Below are positions 16,371-27,100 of a stretch of DNA of 64,000 nt, piece by piece. A program made the position numbers and the translations under genes. Source of the stretch: a virus (taxonomy: Duplodnaviria > Caudoviricetes); IMG/VR virus record IMGVR_UViG_3300036987_000008, positions 2,551 through 66,550 of that record; one strand, written 5' to 3'. Below the pieces are notes generated by a model. That model searched no databases. It saw only the letters and a list, made by a program, of their open reading frames with translations, and was not told the DNA's origin. Position 1 is the first letter of the stretch. Each line of letters opens with the position of its first letter.

Positions 16371-19235
16371 ATGAGACCATCCGAGTTCCTCAGGGCTGTG
16401 CTCCCGTCTGAAGGCTATGTAGCCATCGTAGGGATCAAGAATAAAAAGGTTCAGCAGGTATTGGTAGAAGATGTGGACGCGGCCAAGGGGGTTATTGGCG
16501 CCGCGCTAGCTAACGAAGAAGATGTGTACTTCGGATGCGCAACATATCTCACTCCAGACAATCGCAAGAAAGAAAACGTACAACACGCCAAGGCGTTCTG
16601 GGTAGACCTAGACTGCGGCGACGGTACGGCATACCCAACGCATCAGGATGGTTGGGATGCACTGTATAAGCTATGCGTAGACACGCACCTGCCGACTCCG
16701 TTCGTCGTCAACTCAGGCGGCGGACTCCATGTGTACTGGGTGTTGGAAGAGCCTATCCTGGTCGACGTGTGGTCGGTGTATGCGCAGAAGCTAGTTGAGC
16801 TGTGCGCCGCCGCAGGGCTGAGCATCAAAGACCCAGGGTGTAGCACTGACCCCGCCCGCATCCTGCGCGTGCCTAGCACGATGAACTACAAGCTACCTGA
16901 TGAGCCACGCGAGGTAGAACTCCTATGCGAGGGTGAAGTCACGTCGTGGGTACGTCTGAAGACTATCATCGAGACCTCCTGCGGTGGGTACGGCATCAAC
17001 GGCTTCGAGCACAAACCGAAACCCAAAGCGAAAAAGAAACCCACGGACGCAGTCACATCGGCCTTAGCCGGTAACCAGATAAGCATCTTCAAGAAGATCG
17101 CCAAGCTGAGCCTAGAAGGCAAGGGCTGCGCCCAAGTGCGCTACGCCATCGAACACCAAGAGGAGACCGCTGAGCCCCTATGGCGCGCGGTGCTTTCCAT
17201 TGCACAAGTATGTGAAGATCGTGACGTGGTGATACACAAGATATCCAAGGGGCACCCCGGATACAGCCACGACGAGACAGAACGCAAGGCGAACGAGACC
17301 AACGGCCCGCACACCTGCGCGGCTATCGAAGCTAAATGCGGCGCGGCACTCTGCGCTAAGTGCCCACACAAGGGTAAGATCGTCGGCCCCATCGCACTAG
17401 GTAAAGACATCGCCCGTGCTGAGCCCAAGACCGACAAGCTGTCGTTCATGAATGAGGACGGACAGGTAGAAGAGTCAGCACTAGACTCGAGCATCATCAA
17501 GATTCCCGATATGCCGTTCCCCTACTTCCGTGGTAAGCATGGTGGTATCTATATGCCGGGTGTGTCGCCCATTGAAGGTGAGGAGGGTGAGCCTGTACTC
17601 GTATATGAGCATGACCTGAATGTGGTCCGCCGCATCAAGGACCCAGAGAAGGGTGAAGTCCTCATCGTGTTGCACAACCGCCCCAAGGACGGAGTCGAGG
17701 AGATAGTCATCCCACTAGCTGATGCGCAATCGATCGAACGTATGAAGGACAAGCTAGGCTACCACGGTGTCGCCGCGCACAAAGAACAGATGAACAAGAT
17801 AGGCACTTACATGACCCGCGCGGTCAAGAATATGCAGCATGAATCCGCCGCTGAACCTGCGCGTGGGCAGATGGGTTGGACAGAAGACCGCAAGGGTATC
17901 GTCTGGGGTCGCACCATGTTCACACCTGATGGTCAGCAATACTGCCCACCGGCATCCAAGTCCACGACGGTCGCCAACATGATGAAGACGTCCGGTACGT
18001 TCGATGCGTGGCAGGAGATCGCTGAACGCTATGCGGCTCCTGGGTTCGAGCTGTACGCCGCCTGTATGCTAGCGGGGTTCGGTTCCATGCTGAATGCCTA
18101 TACCTATGAAGACCCTGTGTGGTTGCATATGGTAAGTTCTGAGTCAGGTACGGGTAAGACTACGTTGACCAACGTCATCAACAGCATCTGGGGTGACCCA
18201 CTCGCGATGAAGCTGACGAAACAGGATACGGTCAATGCACTGGAGAAACGCCGCGTCGTGTTCAACAGCATGGCTATTTGCCAAGATGAGATAACGAACC
18301 TAGCCGCAGACCGACTGAGCGACCTGGCCTACGCCCAGTCCCAAGGACGTGAGAAGCTCCGCTTGAGCTCAGGCTCACAAGAGATAGTCAACAACGACCG
18401 CCGCAACAACACCCTCATCACCAACGGCAACAAGCACATCAGTGACGTGCTAGGCGCACACAAGACCAACGCCGCCGGTGAGTACGCTCGTCTGGTAGAG
18501 GTGGTGTTCGCTCCTCTGGAGAACGTGGTTAGTGGTGAGGCTCACTTCGGTAAGATATCCAAGAACTACGGGCATGCGGGCCCTATCTATGCGAAGTGGT
18601 TGGTCGCACACGAGGGCGAGTTGGACAAGCGTGTCGCCGCTGAGCGTGCTAGGTTCGAGAAGGACTTCACTAGCGTCAGCAGTGAGCGTAACTGGGTGGC
18701 TCTAGCCGCGACTATGTTCGCCGCAGGTAAGATCCTACAGGAAGAGTTGGGCATGCTGAAGGCGTACGACTTGGAGCGCATCTATCAATCTTGGTTGGCT
18801 CGTATGCGTAGCGTACGCAAGTCTACGGCTGAGAACCTGATCTCGCATGACAACGTGTTGGGTGACTTCATCGCTGAGAATTGGTCGAACATCCTTATCC
18901 CTGACGCCAACGTAGCGGCAACCGCGGCGGCAAGTCCTCAGACTGCATCCCTGTATGGGGCGAAGGTAGAACGCGAGGCGCGCGGCAAGCTGATCATCCG
19001 GTACGAGAAGGACACCGACATGCTGTTCATCGCACAGAGCGCACTGAAGGACTACTGCGTGGCTCGCGCTCACTCGTACGTCGATATGATCTCCCACTAC
19101 ACCAAGAACGCTCAGTTCAAGGGTGTGGTCATCAAGCGCATGGGTGCAGGTACACCGGTGGTCACTAGCCCTACTAAGGCTCTGGCGTTCCATGCGGTGG
19201 GCGTCCTGGGTGACATCGTGAATGGGGGTGTGTGA
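16371..19235 (+). CDS. Primase-helicase fusion (AEP prim-pol + Zn-binding region + DUF927/SF3 helicase)
   Basis: WVDLD and NSGGGLHVYW (AEP motifs); TCAAIEAKC...CAKCPH; Walker A SESGTGKT; CQDEITN. Confidence 0.9.
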   Translation: MRPSEFLRAVLPSEGYVAIVGIKNKKVQQVLVEDVDAAKGVIGAALANEEDVYFGCATYLTPDNRKKENVQHAKAFWVDLDCGDGTAYPTHQDGWDALYKLCVDTHLPTPFVVNSGGGLHVYWVLEEPILVDVWSVYAQKLVELCAAAGLSIKDPGCSTDPARILRVPSTMNYKLPDEPREVELLCEGEVTSWVRLKTIIETSCGGYGINGFEHKPKPKAKKKPTDAVTSALAGNQISIFKKIAKLSLEGKGCAQVRYAIEHQEETAEPLWRAVLSIAQVCEDRDVVIHKISKGHPGYSHDETERKANETNGPHTCAAIEAKCGAALCAKCPHKGKIVGPIALGKDIARAEPKTDKLSFMNEDGQVEESALDSSIIKIPDMPFPYFRGKHGGIYMPGVSPIEGEEGEPVLVYEHDLNVVRRIKDPEKGEVLIVLHNRPKDGVEEIVIPLADAQSIERMKDKLGYHGVAAHKEQMNKIGTYMTRAVKNMQHESAAEPARGQMGWTEDRKGIVWGRTMFTPDGQQYCPPASKSTTVANMMKTSGTFDAWQEIAERYAAPGFELYAACMLAGFGSMLNAYTYEDPVWLHMVSSESGTGKTTLTNVINSIWGDPLAMKLTKQDTVNALEKRRVVFNSMAICQDEITNLAADRLSDLAYAQSQGREKLRLSSGSQEIVNNDRRNNTLITNGNKHISDVLGAHKTNAAGEYARLVEVVFAPLENVVSGEAHFGKISKNYGHAGPIYAKWLVAHEGELDKRVAAERARFEKDFTSVSSERNWVALAATMFAAGKILQEELGMLKAYDLERIYQSWLARMRSVRKSTAENLISHDNVLGDFIAENWSNILIPDANVAATAAASPQTASLYGAKVEREARGKLIIRYEKDTDMLFIAQSALKDYCVARAHSYVDMISHYTKNAQFKGVVIKRMGAGTPVVTSPTKALAFHAVGVLGDIVNGGV

Positions 19236-19528
19236 TGGCATCAATCAAGCTAGACCCAACTAATTTCCTGCAACACGTCTACGGCAAATCCGTTGTCGGG
19301 CTCGGTGATGAGGAGCTAGTTTGTGCTGATATCGCCGCGCTATTGATGGATGGTACGCCAGTGATCCGAGTGGATAGATTAGATTTCTTTGCTATAGATC
19401 CTACCCCTAGGAACATTCGCCGTCTTCATATGCTAGGGTTCGTCGACTATCAGGTCGACCATATGATGGACGAGATACTGTTCAAACTCAATCAGCGTGC
19501 TCTGGATTATCTACAACAATGCCGATAA
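19232..19528 (+). CDS. Hypothetical protein, wHTH-like C-terminus
   Basis: GTGA coupling; IRRLHMLGFVDY...FKLNQRALDYL. Confidence 0.55.
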   Translation: MMASIKLDPTNFLQHVYGKSVVGLGDEELVCADIAALLMDGTPVIRVDRLDFFAIDPTPRNIRRLHMLGFVDYQVDHMMDEILFKLNQRALDYLQQCR

Positions 19529-19725
19529 AACACCAACCCACCGTCCACTACCCCATCTCACTACTCGAGGTCGGGGATAGCTTCTTTGTGCCGTGTCTGT
19601 CTGCTGGCGCACATATTCATCAACTGCGGAAGATCGCCGCCGAGCTGGAGTTCACCATAGATTATCGTATGGGGATCGACACGGCTACCGGTCTGTACGG
19701 CATCCGTGTCTTGAGGACTGCTTAG
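19519..19725 (+). CDS. Small conserved DNA-binding-like phage protein
   Basis: YPISLLEVGDSFFVPC...GIRVLRTA. Confidence 0.7.
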   Translation: MPIKHQPTVHYPISLLEVGDSFFVPCLSAGAHIHQLRKIAAELEFTIDYRMGIDTATGLYGIRVLRTA

Positions 19726-22565
19726 AACCCTGCTTGCTTGCGTATGTCATGCACCTGCTGCAGGGCTTGTAGCTTCTGCTGGTATAGCGCAGCGCGGTTC
19801 TCACCGGTCTTCTCCATCATCTGCTCGCGCTTCTTGATAGCCGCAAGGCGTTGTTGTATCGGAGTGATGCGCGCTTGCAGGGCCAATATCTTCTGGTGCT
19901 CGCGGATGAACTCGGCGGCTTCCTTGCCTTTACCCGCGTCCTGCAGACGTTTCAGATCAGCTCTCGCGGCATTCACACGGTCGACCACTTCTTGGAAGTC
20001 ACCACGTAGAGCATTGCCTTGTGGGTTTGTCGTGAATGCGCCGACTAAGGCGACTTCACTACGCTTAGGCGCGGCGCGGTCACCGAACCCAGACTCGAGG
20101 TTGCGCATGATGTTCAGCGCTTCCTGCCCTGCGCGGCCGGTCCAACCGGTGATGAAGTTCTCCAATACGATAGGGCTGACGCCCGACTCGTGGATACCCA
20201 TAGCGTCAAGCGTATCTTGGATACCTGCGGCGATCGCCTTGGATGCGGCGGTGTTGCTTGCGGTGTATTGGTTCTTCGGTGAGGCATTAGCCATCCCCCG
20301 GCTGATCAGCTCGTGGCCAGTTGCGAAAGAGTGGTTGGTAGCGGCCTCAACAACAGGACGAACAAGTGACGGCACCATATCCGACGGACCTAGTAGGACG
20401 TTGCCCAACGCGCCCGCCATAGACCCACGACTCTTGCTCCAGTCCTCGCCCGGTGCATCCATCATCTGCCGCGCTGTGGTCTCTGCTAACACCTTGAACG
20501 GGAGCATCTCACCGGCGACCGGCACTTTGAAAGGGCCAAGCATGAAGTTGTTGTTGCGCACGATGGTGGTCTGATTCTCGTACTCGTCGTCATCTTTCTT
20601 ATACAGAGAGTACGCAAGGGTGAACGCCATCAACTTGCCAACCTGCATCAGAGCCATCTTCTGGGCTTCTTCTTTGTCCATGCCTGGGATCTTGCCGCGC
20701 AGGGCATCCACCATACGGTGCGTACCTTGGATACGGGCATTCACGAACGGGGTCAGTGTCATCAGCGCAGCGAGCGTTCTGGAGTTCCCTCGGTTATTAA
20801 AGTCGATCAACATACGGGCGGCATGCTGCGCGGCGAACTCATCGGCGCCTTCGGCGATACGCTTCTTGTAGGCCGCCTCGCGCGCAGCCAGGTCGGAGGA
20901 CGTCGCCATGCGCTCAGCTTTCTCCACGAAGTGCCACCACTTAGAGTCCTGTCTGTCTAGCATGTCCTTACGGAAGTTGTCGAACGAGTCGACGTAGTCA
21001 CGAGCACCGGCCACGCCGTATGCGCGTAGGATGTCTGCCTCCTTGGTCTCACCGTTGAAGTTCTTCCAGAACCCTTGGGTCACGTTGGCGTACGACTTAC
21101 CGTAGCCTTCGCCAGTCATGATAGCCACACGCTGTGCGTCCTGAGAGGTCTGACCCCACACGAAACCCGGCATCAGCGTCACACCCTTGCGGACGGCGTT
21201 CGAGAACATACGAGCCATGTTCCAGCCTAGTCCAGTCACCACCGGAGCCGCAGTGAACGCTGAGGCATCATTCAAGTCCTCTACGCGCAACCACTTGGGC
21301 TCACCCTTGACCATGATCTGCATGGTGTGTTTGTCGCCTGGAGTGCCTTGGGTCTTCTTCCACTTGGCTCCGCCGACGGCGACTAGAGACTCAGCTAAGA
21401 TGTTTGCTGTATTGTTCTTCACCGCGCGGGTGTTCAGCCAAGTCAGGTTGTTGAACGCGTTGACGATCGGGTCGCCGATGGACAGGTCTGAGCCGTAGCC
21501 CAGATGATGCTCCTTAGCGGTCGCCAGCAACGAGTTGATGTGGATGGGCTCGCCTAGGTTGTTCTTCAGCTGCTCGTCGATACGATATAGCGGTAGGTAC
21601 TCGGAGCGGTCCATGAACTCCTTGGCCTTCTCAGGCGTGAAGGTACCGGACTCGACCAGGGCGTCTAGTGCGTGGCCGCGCATCTTGTTGTACGTATTCT
21701 GGAACGCATCGATGTGTGGGCGTAGTGTTGGGTCGGCACGCAGTTTGTCGGACAGTGCCTTCTCCGCTGGGCCGTAGTAGTCCTTGTCGAACTGGTCGAT
21801 CTTCACCAACTCTTCCAAGCGTGGGCCGAACAGGGCATAGGCAACCGCATTGGTCACGGTGTTTGGATCCTTGGCATCGGCCTTCTCTTTGTACCCAAGC
21901 TTCGACAAGGCTGCGCGCAGTGCCTTGTAATGCGTATTCATCGTATGAATATTATTCTCTTTGTCCTCTACGGACTTCACACGACCCATCTTATCGATGA
22001 CCATGTGGCCGATCTCCATCGCACGGGAGACGATACCGATGCTGTTGTTGCCTTGAGCGTTGGCGGCTTCTGCGGACACACGTCCAGGATTAACTTTACT
22101 GTAGGCACCGTTCTCGCCAGCGCGGCTCATCTTACCTAGCAAGGAGTGCGATTTACCCAGCAGGGCGTTCGCCGCGAAGTCCAGTGGGTTGCGCTCACCA
22201 GACCCGAATATCTCGATAGCCTTCTCTTTCCATGTCTTGTTCTGGATGTCAGAGGCTAGTACTTTTGGAGCACCTGAAGGAGCAGCGGGTGTCGCCATGT
22301 TGTCCGGCGCATCTGGCGCTTTGACGCTCTTGGTCTTCGTCGAGCCAGCTAGACCTTCCTTCTCGATCTCACCCTTGATGTAGTCGTGGTTCGCTTGGGC
22401 TTCGCTGAGCAGTGTGGACACGGCATCGCGCTCAGCAGTGTCGCGGGACATACCGTTCTTTTGGTTCTCTGCAACGAGGCGGTGCAACTCCTGCCTATCC
22501 TCAAGCGCTACGGCTACGCCGTTCTTACCACCAGATAGTTTACCTAAACATTGGATCAAGCTCAT
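19722..22565 (-). CDS. Large virion/ejection protein with LPD38-like C-terminal domain
   Basis: 947 aa; DFNNRG...TPFVNARIQG and PSLVRPVVEAATNHSFATG patterns typical of large polyvalent virion proteins. Confidence 0.7.
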   Translation of the reverse strand: MSLIQCLGKLSGGKNGVAVALEDRQELHRLVAENQKNGMSRDTAERDAVSTLLSEAQANHDYIKGEIEKEGLAGSTKTKSVKAPDAPDNMATPAAPSGAPKVLASDIQNKTWKEKAIEIFGSGERNPLDFAANALLGKSHSLLGKMSRAGENGAYSKVNPGRVSAEAANAQGNNSIGIVSRAMEIGHMVIDKMGRVKSVEDKENNIHTMNTHYKALRAALSKLGYKEKADAKDPNTVTNAVAYALFGPRLEELVKIDQFDKDYYGPAEKALSDKLRADPTLRPHIDAFQNTYNKMRGHALDALVESGTFTPEKAKEFMDRSEYLPLYRIDEQLKNNLGEPIHINSLLATAKEHHLGYGSDLSIGDPIVNAFNNLTWLNTRAVKNNTANILAESLVAVGGAKWKKTQGTPGDKHTMQIMVKGEPKWLRVEDLNDASAFTAAPVVTGLGWNMARMFSNAVRKGVTLMPGFVWGQTSQDAQRVAIMTGEGYGKSYANVTQGFWKNFNGETKEADILRAYGVAGARDYVDSFDNFRKDMLDRQDSKWWHFVEKAERMATSSDLAAREAAYKKRIAEGADEFAAQHAARMLIDFNNRGNSRTLAALMTLTPFVNARIQGTHRMVDALRGKIPGMDKEEAQKMALMQVGKLMAFTLAYSLYKKDDDEYENQTTIVRNNNFMLGPFKVPVAGEMLPFKVLAETTARQMMDAPGEDWSKSRGSMAGALGNVLLGPSDMVPSLVRPVVEAATNHSFATGHELISRGMANASPKNQYTASNTAASKAIAAGIQDTLDAMGIHESGVSPIVLENFITGWTGRAGQEALNIMRNLESGFGDRAAPKRSEVALVGAFTTNPQGNALRGDFQEVVDRVNAARADLKRLQDAGKGKEAAEFIREHQKILALQARITPIQQRLAAIKKREQMMEKTGENRAALYQQKLQALQQVHDIRKQAGF

Positions 22566-22849
22566 AGTATGTCCCTCGTCACTGCGGCCACAACGGCCAT
22601 GATCACCGCATCGTCATCGGCTTGCATTATAGCTAACCGCTCGGCTCGCTGCTTATCTGTCTTGAACAGGTCGTTGATACTACGCCAGTCATACGTCTGT
22701 GGTTGTCCACCCGATCCGCCAGTGGCGGCACTAGGCGTATATGGCTTGTCTACGACTGGAACCGGCGGTGCATCCCCCAGGTAACCAAGAGAAGCAACGG
22801 CTAATACACCGAAGCCGAAGCCTAGCGATGTTCTGGATAAGAGGCTCAT
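22562..22849 (-). CDS. Small virion-associated hypothetical protein
   Basis: ATGA-coupled; SLGFG N-terminus; DDDAVIMAVVAA C-terminus. Confidence 0.6.
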   Translation of the reverse strand: MSLLSRTSLGFGFGVLAVASLGYLGDAPPVPVVDKPYTPSAATGGSGGQPQTYDWRSINDLFKTDKQRAERLAIMQADDDAVIMAVVAAVTRDIL

Positions 22850-23895
22850 AGCGGAGTCACCGTCGTTGTACCGGCGACAGTAACAACCGTTTGGTTAAGG
22901 GTTCCGTCGGAGCGCGAAGCATCCTGCTCGACCATAGGATCGATGAGCCCGTAGTAACGAGAGAGCTTGTCCAGCATAGCAACGTCCAGAACTGGGACAG
23001 TCGGCAGAGCCACGTTGGTCACTGTAAGGCTCGTCGTCCCCGAGATCGACTGCTGTACTACGCTGTCGCCGCGCGCTGTTGGGCTGAACGATGTTGCCTC
23101 GACAAGGCCGTGTAAGCGGCAGACAGCTTCTAGGCGAAGGGCCTGTGCTGTGGTGAGGCTTAGTGTGACACCGGCGTCGGCAGTTATGCTTGCCTGATAC
23201 GCGGTCACAGCCAGCGCATCGAACGCTGCCTCGACGTTCCTAGCCAGCCCAATGACCGTTCCATACCCTGCTATGGTCAGAGTTGCTGTCTGTGCTTGCA
23301 CATTCTTCGCAAATGATACAGATGCTGGGTATGAAGTTAGCGTGAGCGCGTCGGTGTTGGCTAGGACTTCTTTGACCGCACCGGCACTAGCCGCATAGGT
23401 AGTGATGGCCAGCGACTGCTTGCTTGCCTGTATGTTCTTCGATAGCCCGATAGTGGCAGTACGAGGTGTGACCGTCAGACTCTGCTTGGTCGCCGCTACG
23501 TTCTTGGCAAAAGATACAGTGGCCGATCTCGGCGTGAGCGTCAGCGATTGTTTGGTGGCAGGTACGTCGTGTACTACCGCCGTGCTGATGGTGGCCGCAT
23601 GCGTTGTTAGAGTCAGCGCATCGAGCGCGGTTGTGACGTTGTACGCCTTGCCGACAGTAGCCGTGCGCGGTGTGAGCGTGAGAGACTGCTTTGTCGCCGA
23701 TACGGTCTTCGATAGACCAACCGTGGCAGTGCGTGGCGTGATGGTCAGCGACTGTTTCGTTGCCGCCACGTTGGCAGCCTTGGATACTGTGCCGTTGGTA
23801 ATGATAGCCAGATAGAAGTTGTCGGTGCTCGCCCAATCCCCATCAATCATCTTGGCTTTCGCCTCGTTAAAAACTACTACGTCGCCTAGTGCCAT
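22846..23895 (-). CDS. Thr/Ala-rich repeat structural protein
   Basis: About nine 22-23-aa repeats (ATKQSLTxTPRTATV and degenerate variants). Confidence 0.75.
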   Translation of the reverse strand: MALGDVVVFNEAKAKMIDGDWASTDNFYLAIITNGTVSKAANVAATKQSLTITPRTATVGLSKTVSATKQSLTLTPRTATVGKAYNVTTALDALTLTTHAATISTAVVHDVPATKQSLTLTPRSATVSFAKNVAATKQSLTVTPRTATIGLSKNIQASKQSLAITTYAASAGAVKEVLANTDALTLTSYPASVSFAKNVQAQTATLTIAGYGTVIGLARNVEAAFDALAVTAYQASITADAGVTLSLTTAQALRLEAVCRLHGLVEATSFSPTARGDSVVQQSISGTTSLTVTNVALPTVPVLDVAMLDKLSRYYGLIDPMVEQDASRSDGTLNQTVVTVAGTTTVTPL

Positions 23896-23904
23896 GATCT
23901 ACTC

Positions 23905-24189
23905 CTATTTAGCTACTGCTGTTATCGTTACCGGGCGCTGGAACCCGTCTATCTCTTGATACCCTATGGTGAACTCCCAGCCGGATACTTTAGCTGGCAT
24001 CTGCACTTTGACTTGCGGCGCGGCAACCTGCACTTGCGGAGGCGTCATCATAATACCTTTGACGGCGTCTATCAATGCGCGGTTGCTCTCGTCGGTACGG
24101 CGACCCGCTTCAGCTATGGCCTGCGCCACACCCGCGTTTGGGTCGACTGGTTCGATCGCACTGTCAAATTTAACCCTGCCTTTGATCAT
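23905..24189 (-). CDS. Hypothetical protein
   Basis: ATG 24189 overlaps the stop of the 1294-aa gene; PQVQV repeats. Confidence 0.6.
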   Translation of the reverse strand: MIKGRVKFDSAIEPVDPNAGVAQAIAEAGRRTDESNRALIDAVKGIMMTPPQVQVAAPQVKVQMPAKVSGWEFTIGYQEIDGFQRPVTITAVAK

Positions 24190-27100
24190 CCTAAGCACCT
24201 CTTCAGAGCTTCTAGCATGTTGACGCGCTGTTCCGCTTCACGCATGACTTCCTTCGCTCTATATTCCTTGGTGGTCACCTTACCATCAGGCCCTTCATGC
24301 TCAAGTGTAACACGAGCCTTGGCTGGAATCTCATCGGAGTAGCGTGGGGTCTTAGCCGCCTTCTCGGTGCCGATCTCCTTCAGCTTCTTGCCTTCCAGCG
24401 CCATGCGCGCCGCGCCGTAGGCTACGTCTACCAGCTCTTGCGGAGTGATGTCCTTAGTCAGACCGAGCTTAGTGAGGAACTTGCGCACGCCATCCTTGAA
24501 CTGTTTGAGCCACTTACCTGCGGCGGTGAAGTCTTTGGGGGTGACACCCTCGCGCACTAGACCCTCGACCATGTAGGCGACAGCCTCGCGCTGTCTGTTG
24601 GCTGACTTAGACTTGAGGGAGCTCTTAACCGCCTCGTTAGCCACGCGAGATTCTAAAGACCCGTCATTGCGCCCTGCCCACTCAGCCACCTTCTCCTGCA
24701 GCTGCGTCATGACCTTCTCACCTAGTATCTTCTCCATACCCTCATGGACGCCCACCTCATGCAGGACCTTACCCAGCACGTCACCGCGCTCAATGTTCTC
24801 AGCGACCAGAACTACCTTACCTTCTGCTGTGCGGAACCCCGCAACGCGCTTGTCGGTCATGCTCGGGTGGTCGGCCTTAGCTTCGGCCTGGGTTTCGTAT
24901 ACCTTAACAAAGCTATCCATCGCTTTGGTATTGGTAAAGTCCTTCTCGATCTCCGCACGTACGCCCTCAGCTGTATGTGGGTTCTTAGGCTTAGCGGCGC
25001 TCGCATACATGAACGCATCGGGATCTGGCATATCCAGGTCGCGCAGGCTCACTACACCGGCTTCGTCGATATCGGTTGCCTCGAGCTCCGCAGGTTTTTC
25101 TTTCTTGCTGACCATGTGGCGTTCAGCGTCGCGGTCGGCCTGTTCTTCTTTGGCTTGACGCTCCACCTCTTTGCGCTCGAACTCAGCGATGGCTTTCTTA
25201 GCATCACGCAACTCTTTCTGACGAGACTTCTCGCCCGCCATTGCGGATGCTTGCTCTTCACGGACTTGAGCCATGCGCTCGAATATCGCTTTGCGTTTGT
25301 ACTTCTTCAGCAGCTCGATGTTCTTCTTGTCCTCGGCGACCGCGCGCTCCAGCTGCTCAGTCGTGATGGTCTTATTCTTCCGCCCTTGAGCGATAGCCTT
25401 GCGGGCTACGAGCTTCTCTTCCTTGGTTCCGGTCTTGATGTCCGAGGCCATCTGAGCCAGGTCGTTCCACCACAGGGCTTGCATGCCGTGGTTCGGCGTG
25501 CCGTCTTTACCCATATGCTCAGGGGAGTCGAGCTTGAAGTGCGCCGGAGCGAACTCTTCGACGGCTGTCGCTTTACCTGCACGGCCGATACCTGTGGTCG
25601 TAGCCTCAGGCAGGTACTGTTCAGCGTCTCGCGCCTCTGCGGCGGCCTTGGTGTCGGCTTTTTGTTTGTCGGTGGCTACGAGCTGATCAGCCAACGTGGT
25701 CTTCTTCGCAGCCTCGGCACGCGCAGGTGCTTCGCGCTTCACTTTGGTGGCTACGCTGGTGGTCTTTTCTTTCTTAGCACGTTGCGCTACCTGCGCTGGT
25801 TTCTCGCGGTTCGCTACATACTGCTCCATGTACTTCGTGGCGATATTGTTAGCTACCGCCTCTGGTTTACCTTCGAGTTGCTTGTGCAGGAACGCTCTCG
25901 CTTCTGCAGGGATGTCCACGTTGAAGTTCATCTCCATCGTGTCCATGATCTCCTCTGCTTGAGTGCGGTCACGCCCGCCAGCTAAGTCAGCCTTTAACTG
26001 AGCCACACCGCGTGCTTCACGACGCGCCGCTAGGTCATCTCTTACTGGAGCGTTGACAGGCTTTTTTCCCACAACAGGTCGTTCATCAGCCGGTACACCT
26101 GGTCGAGCTCCTCCGGCGTCAGCTTTAGTTCCGCTAGCTTCGACAGGGGCTTCTCTTGGTACAGATACAGCATCGCTAACTCGATCTTTTCCTTGCGGCG
26201 CGGCAGGTTCTGCTTTTGCATTTCTGGCTCCTGGGGTTGGTCGTCCGTTTTTGTCGAACAGAGCGCGAGTGCTTTGCTGGTTGAGGTGTTCATCGTAGGG
26301 CCCTAAGTCTTCTTTGGCGCGAGCGACAATCTCTGTGAGCGCCGCATCGTCACCAGTCTTTTGGTAGTGTTCGTAAGCCTTTTGGAATTCTTCATACGCT
26401 TCAGCCTTTCGATCAGCCAGTTCGCGGGGGGATGCCACGACTTCTGGCTCCGGCTTGCTCATGTCATCACGGGTCAGGGCATGATTAAACATGTCCTCTT
26501 GGCGTGTCTGCGTGCGCGCATTCAGTGCGGCGGTCTCAACCTGAGCTTGGTTAATCTGCTCAGCAGCCTTCTGATTACCGTAGTCGATACGTTCCTGATT
26601 GTTAGCCTGAGCCTCACGTACCTTAGCCGCGCGAGCGCGACCTGCCTTCATATTCTCTACGTACTGCTCGTCGATCCAGTTGCGTTGGTCTGGCTCTCTC
26701 TGCTCCGCAGCTTTGATAGCGGGTTCGATCGTGCCAGCTACTCTAGCGTACGCCGCCGCTTCCGGCACTTTTGAATTGGCCAGAGGCTCCAATTCAGCAT
26801 ACAGCGCGCTCAATGACTCAACGTCGTTCAGCGGCACACCTTCATAGCGCTTACGCAGTTCACGGCCTTTGCCCTTATCCGGGACACCATGCTGGTCGAA
26901 GAACTCAGGCGTGATGACATCGGTAGCACCTGGTGTGATGTTGCCTTGGAATCCACCCTTTGGTTGCTCTGGGGTTCCTAAGTCAAGCCCCATCTGAGTC
27001 GCTTGACCGTCTTTCCACGCGTTCTCTTTACGTGCATCAGCGAGCATAGCCGTGTTCGCAGCATCAGCTTGGTCGATCGCCTTCACATGACTACGACGCA

